From Synergistales bacterium (GTDB lineage Bacteria > Synergistota > Synergistia > Synergistales > JAFGMB01), in assembly GCA_963666205.1 (NCBI GenBank), contig OY762654.1, positions 608,001-672,000 of the forward strand: 64,000 nt of DNA. The letters are read 5' to 3'. Each line of letters opens with the position of its first letter. The first letter of the stretch is position 1. This document shows positions 62,926 through 64,000 of the stretch, one piece after another. The translations under genes were made by a program, and so were the position numbers. A model generated the notes under the pieces. The model did not search any database and was not told where the DNA came from. It was given only the letters and a program-made list of their open reading frames with translations.

Positions 62926-63519
62926 TTATTCTATCATAGAAAACTCCGCTAGCATATCCATTAAAGCATAAGAAGCTACAGCACGATGAGATATCCGGGT
63001 CTTTACTTCATCTCCCAGTTCAGCAAAAGTCTTCTTGTAACCGGATGGTATAAAGATTGGATCATAGCCGAATCCGCACTGACCTGCGGGTTCTCTTGCG
63101 ATCTCTCCCCAGCAATAACCTTCTGTGAGCCATAGACGGCTATCTTCGGGGAAAAACAGGGCAAAGGCAGCCACATATCGACAGCATCTGTCCTTTGATC
63201 CTTCAAGTCTTTTCAGTATGGTGAAATTCCTGAGACAATCATTAGATGCCAGTCGAGAAGAGTATATTCCAGGTTCCCACCCAAGAGCTCTGACCTCGAT
63301 ACCGCTATCATCAGCCAGGGCAGGCATCCCTGAAAGTTCAGCCCAGGCAACAGCCTTGAGAATGGCATTCTGTGGATAAGACGTTCCTGTCTCATCCACA
63401 TCCAGAGAATACCTGTCAGCACCGAATACAAGTTCAACCCCGATCTTTTTCAGAAGATCAGAGATTTCCCTGAATTTATGCCTGTTTCTGCTTGCAAACA
63501 GGATTCTGAAATTCTTCAA
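62926..63519 (-). CDS. rdgB: Non-canonical purine NTP pyrophosphatase (RdgB/HAM1)
   Basis: [28 protein letters not shown]. Confidence 0.92.
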   Translation of the reverse strand: MKNFRILFASRNRHKFREISDLLKKIGVELVFGADRYSLDVDETGTSYPQNAILKAVAWAELSGMPALADDSGIEVRALGWEPGIYSSRLASNDCLRNFTILKRLEGSKDRCCRYVAAFALFFPEDSRLWLTEGYCWGEIAREPAGQCGFGYDPIFIPSGYKKTFAELGDEVKTRISHRAVASYALMDMLAEFSMIE

Positions 63520-64000
63520 TGGCCTTTATTTCCACCTCCGATAGAGCTAGCACTTCTTTCTGTATTGAAACCAGTTGTTTTATTCCGTCTTCAGCGAGAT
63601 TAAGCATCCCCGTTAATTCATCCCTGTTAAAGGTGTCACCCTCGCCTGTACCCTGGATTTCTATAAAACGTCCTAATTCGGTCATGATAACGTTAAAATC
63701 GACATCAGCCCGGCTGTCCTCCTCATAGCAGAGATCAAGGAGCACTTCTCCTTCTATTTTGCCGGAACTTACTGCGGCAACAAAGGTCTTCACTGGGAGG
63801 GTGTTGATGTCTCCCCTTTCCCAGAGAGTCCTGAGAGCATCAACAAGGGCGACAAAAGCGCCCGTTATGGATGCTGTCCGCGTACCTCCATCTGCCTGGA
63901 TCACATCACAATCAAGCCATATGGTCCGCTCACCGAGAGCGAACAGGTCTACGGAAGATCTGAGAGAGCGCCCTATTAGTCTCTGTATTTCGGAACTTCT
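63476..64000 (-). CDS. rph: Ribonuclease PH (5' part outside the window)
   Basis: [44 protein letters not shown]. Confidence 0.95.
   Translation of the reverse strand, partial: RSSEIQRLIGRSLRSSVDLFALGERTIWLDCDVIQADGGTRTASITGAFVALVDALRTLWERGDINTLPVKTFVAAVSSGKIEGEVLLDLCYEEDSRADVDFNVIMTELGRFIEIQGTGEGDTFNRDELTGMLNLAEDGIKQLVSIQKEVLALSEVEIKAIEEFQNPVCKQKQA

Overview
Chromosomal window, most likely from a Synergistota bacterium: three proteins end in a Synergist-CTERM-type GGGC-hydrophobic-basic tail. Most genes are on the minus strand. From left to right it holds (1) a PucR-regulated TRAP transporter / N-acyl-D-amino-acid deacylase / alanine racemase locus and (2) housekeeping and metabolic genes (class II aldolase, ABC-F, ROK kinase, asparaginase, L,D-transpeptidase, gpmA, PPi-type PFK). 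Next is (3) a cell-surface region at about 23.4-46.8 kb. Five c-di-GMP-I (GEMM-I) riboswitches there sit upstream of a gingipain-like C25 protease, two paralogous Cys/Asp-rich Synergist-CTERM proteins and a second pilX-pilY1 pair. The same region holds a pilV-W-X-Y1 cluster, six tRNAs, a duplicated tRNA-Asn 3' end flanking a GIY-YIG nuclease remnant, and a 279-bp internally deleted IS3-family element. Then come (4) tRNAs-tuf-rpmG-tRNA-Trp-secE-nusG-rplKAJL, not followed by rpoBC, and (5) a TetR-TolC-MFP-RND-PII-like efflux operon, mgtE, rplM-rpsI, a nicotinate phosphoribosyltransferase, secG, rdgB and a partial rph. The most notable signal is the apparent c-di-GMP-riboswitch-controlled surface/adhesion regulon. 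All calls come from reading motifs by eye; no database searches were run.
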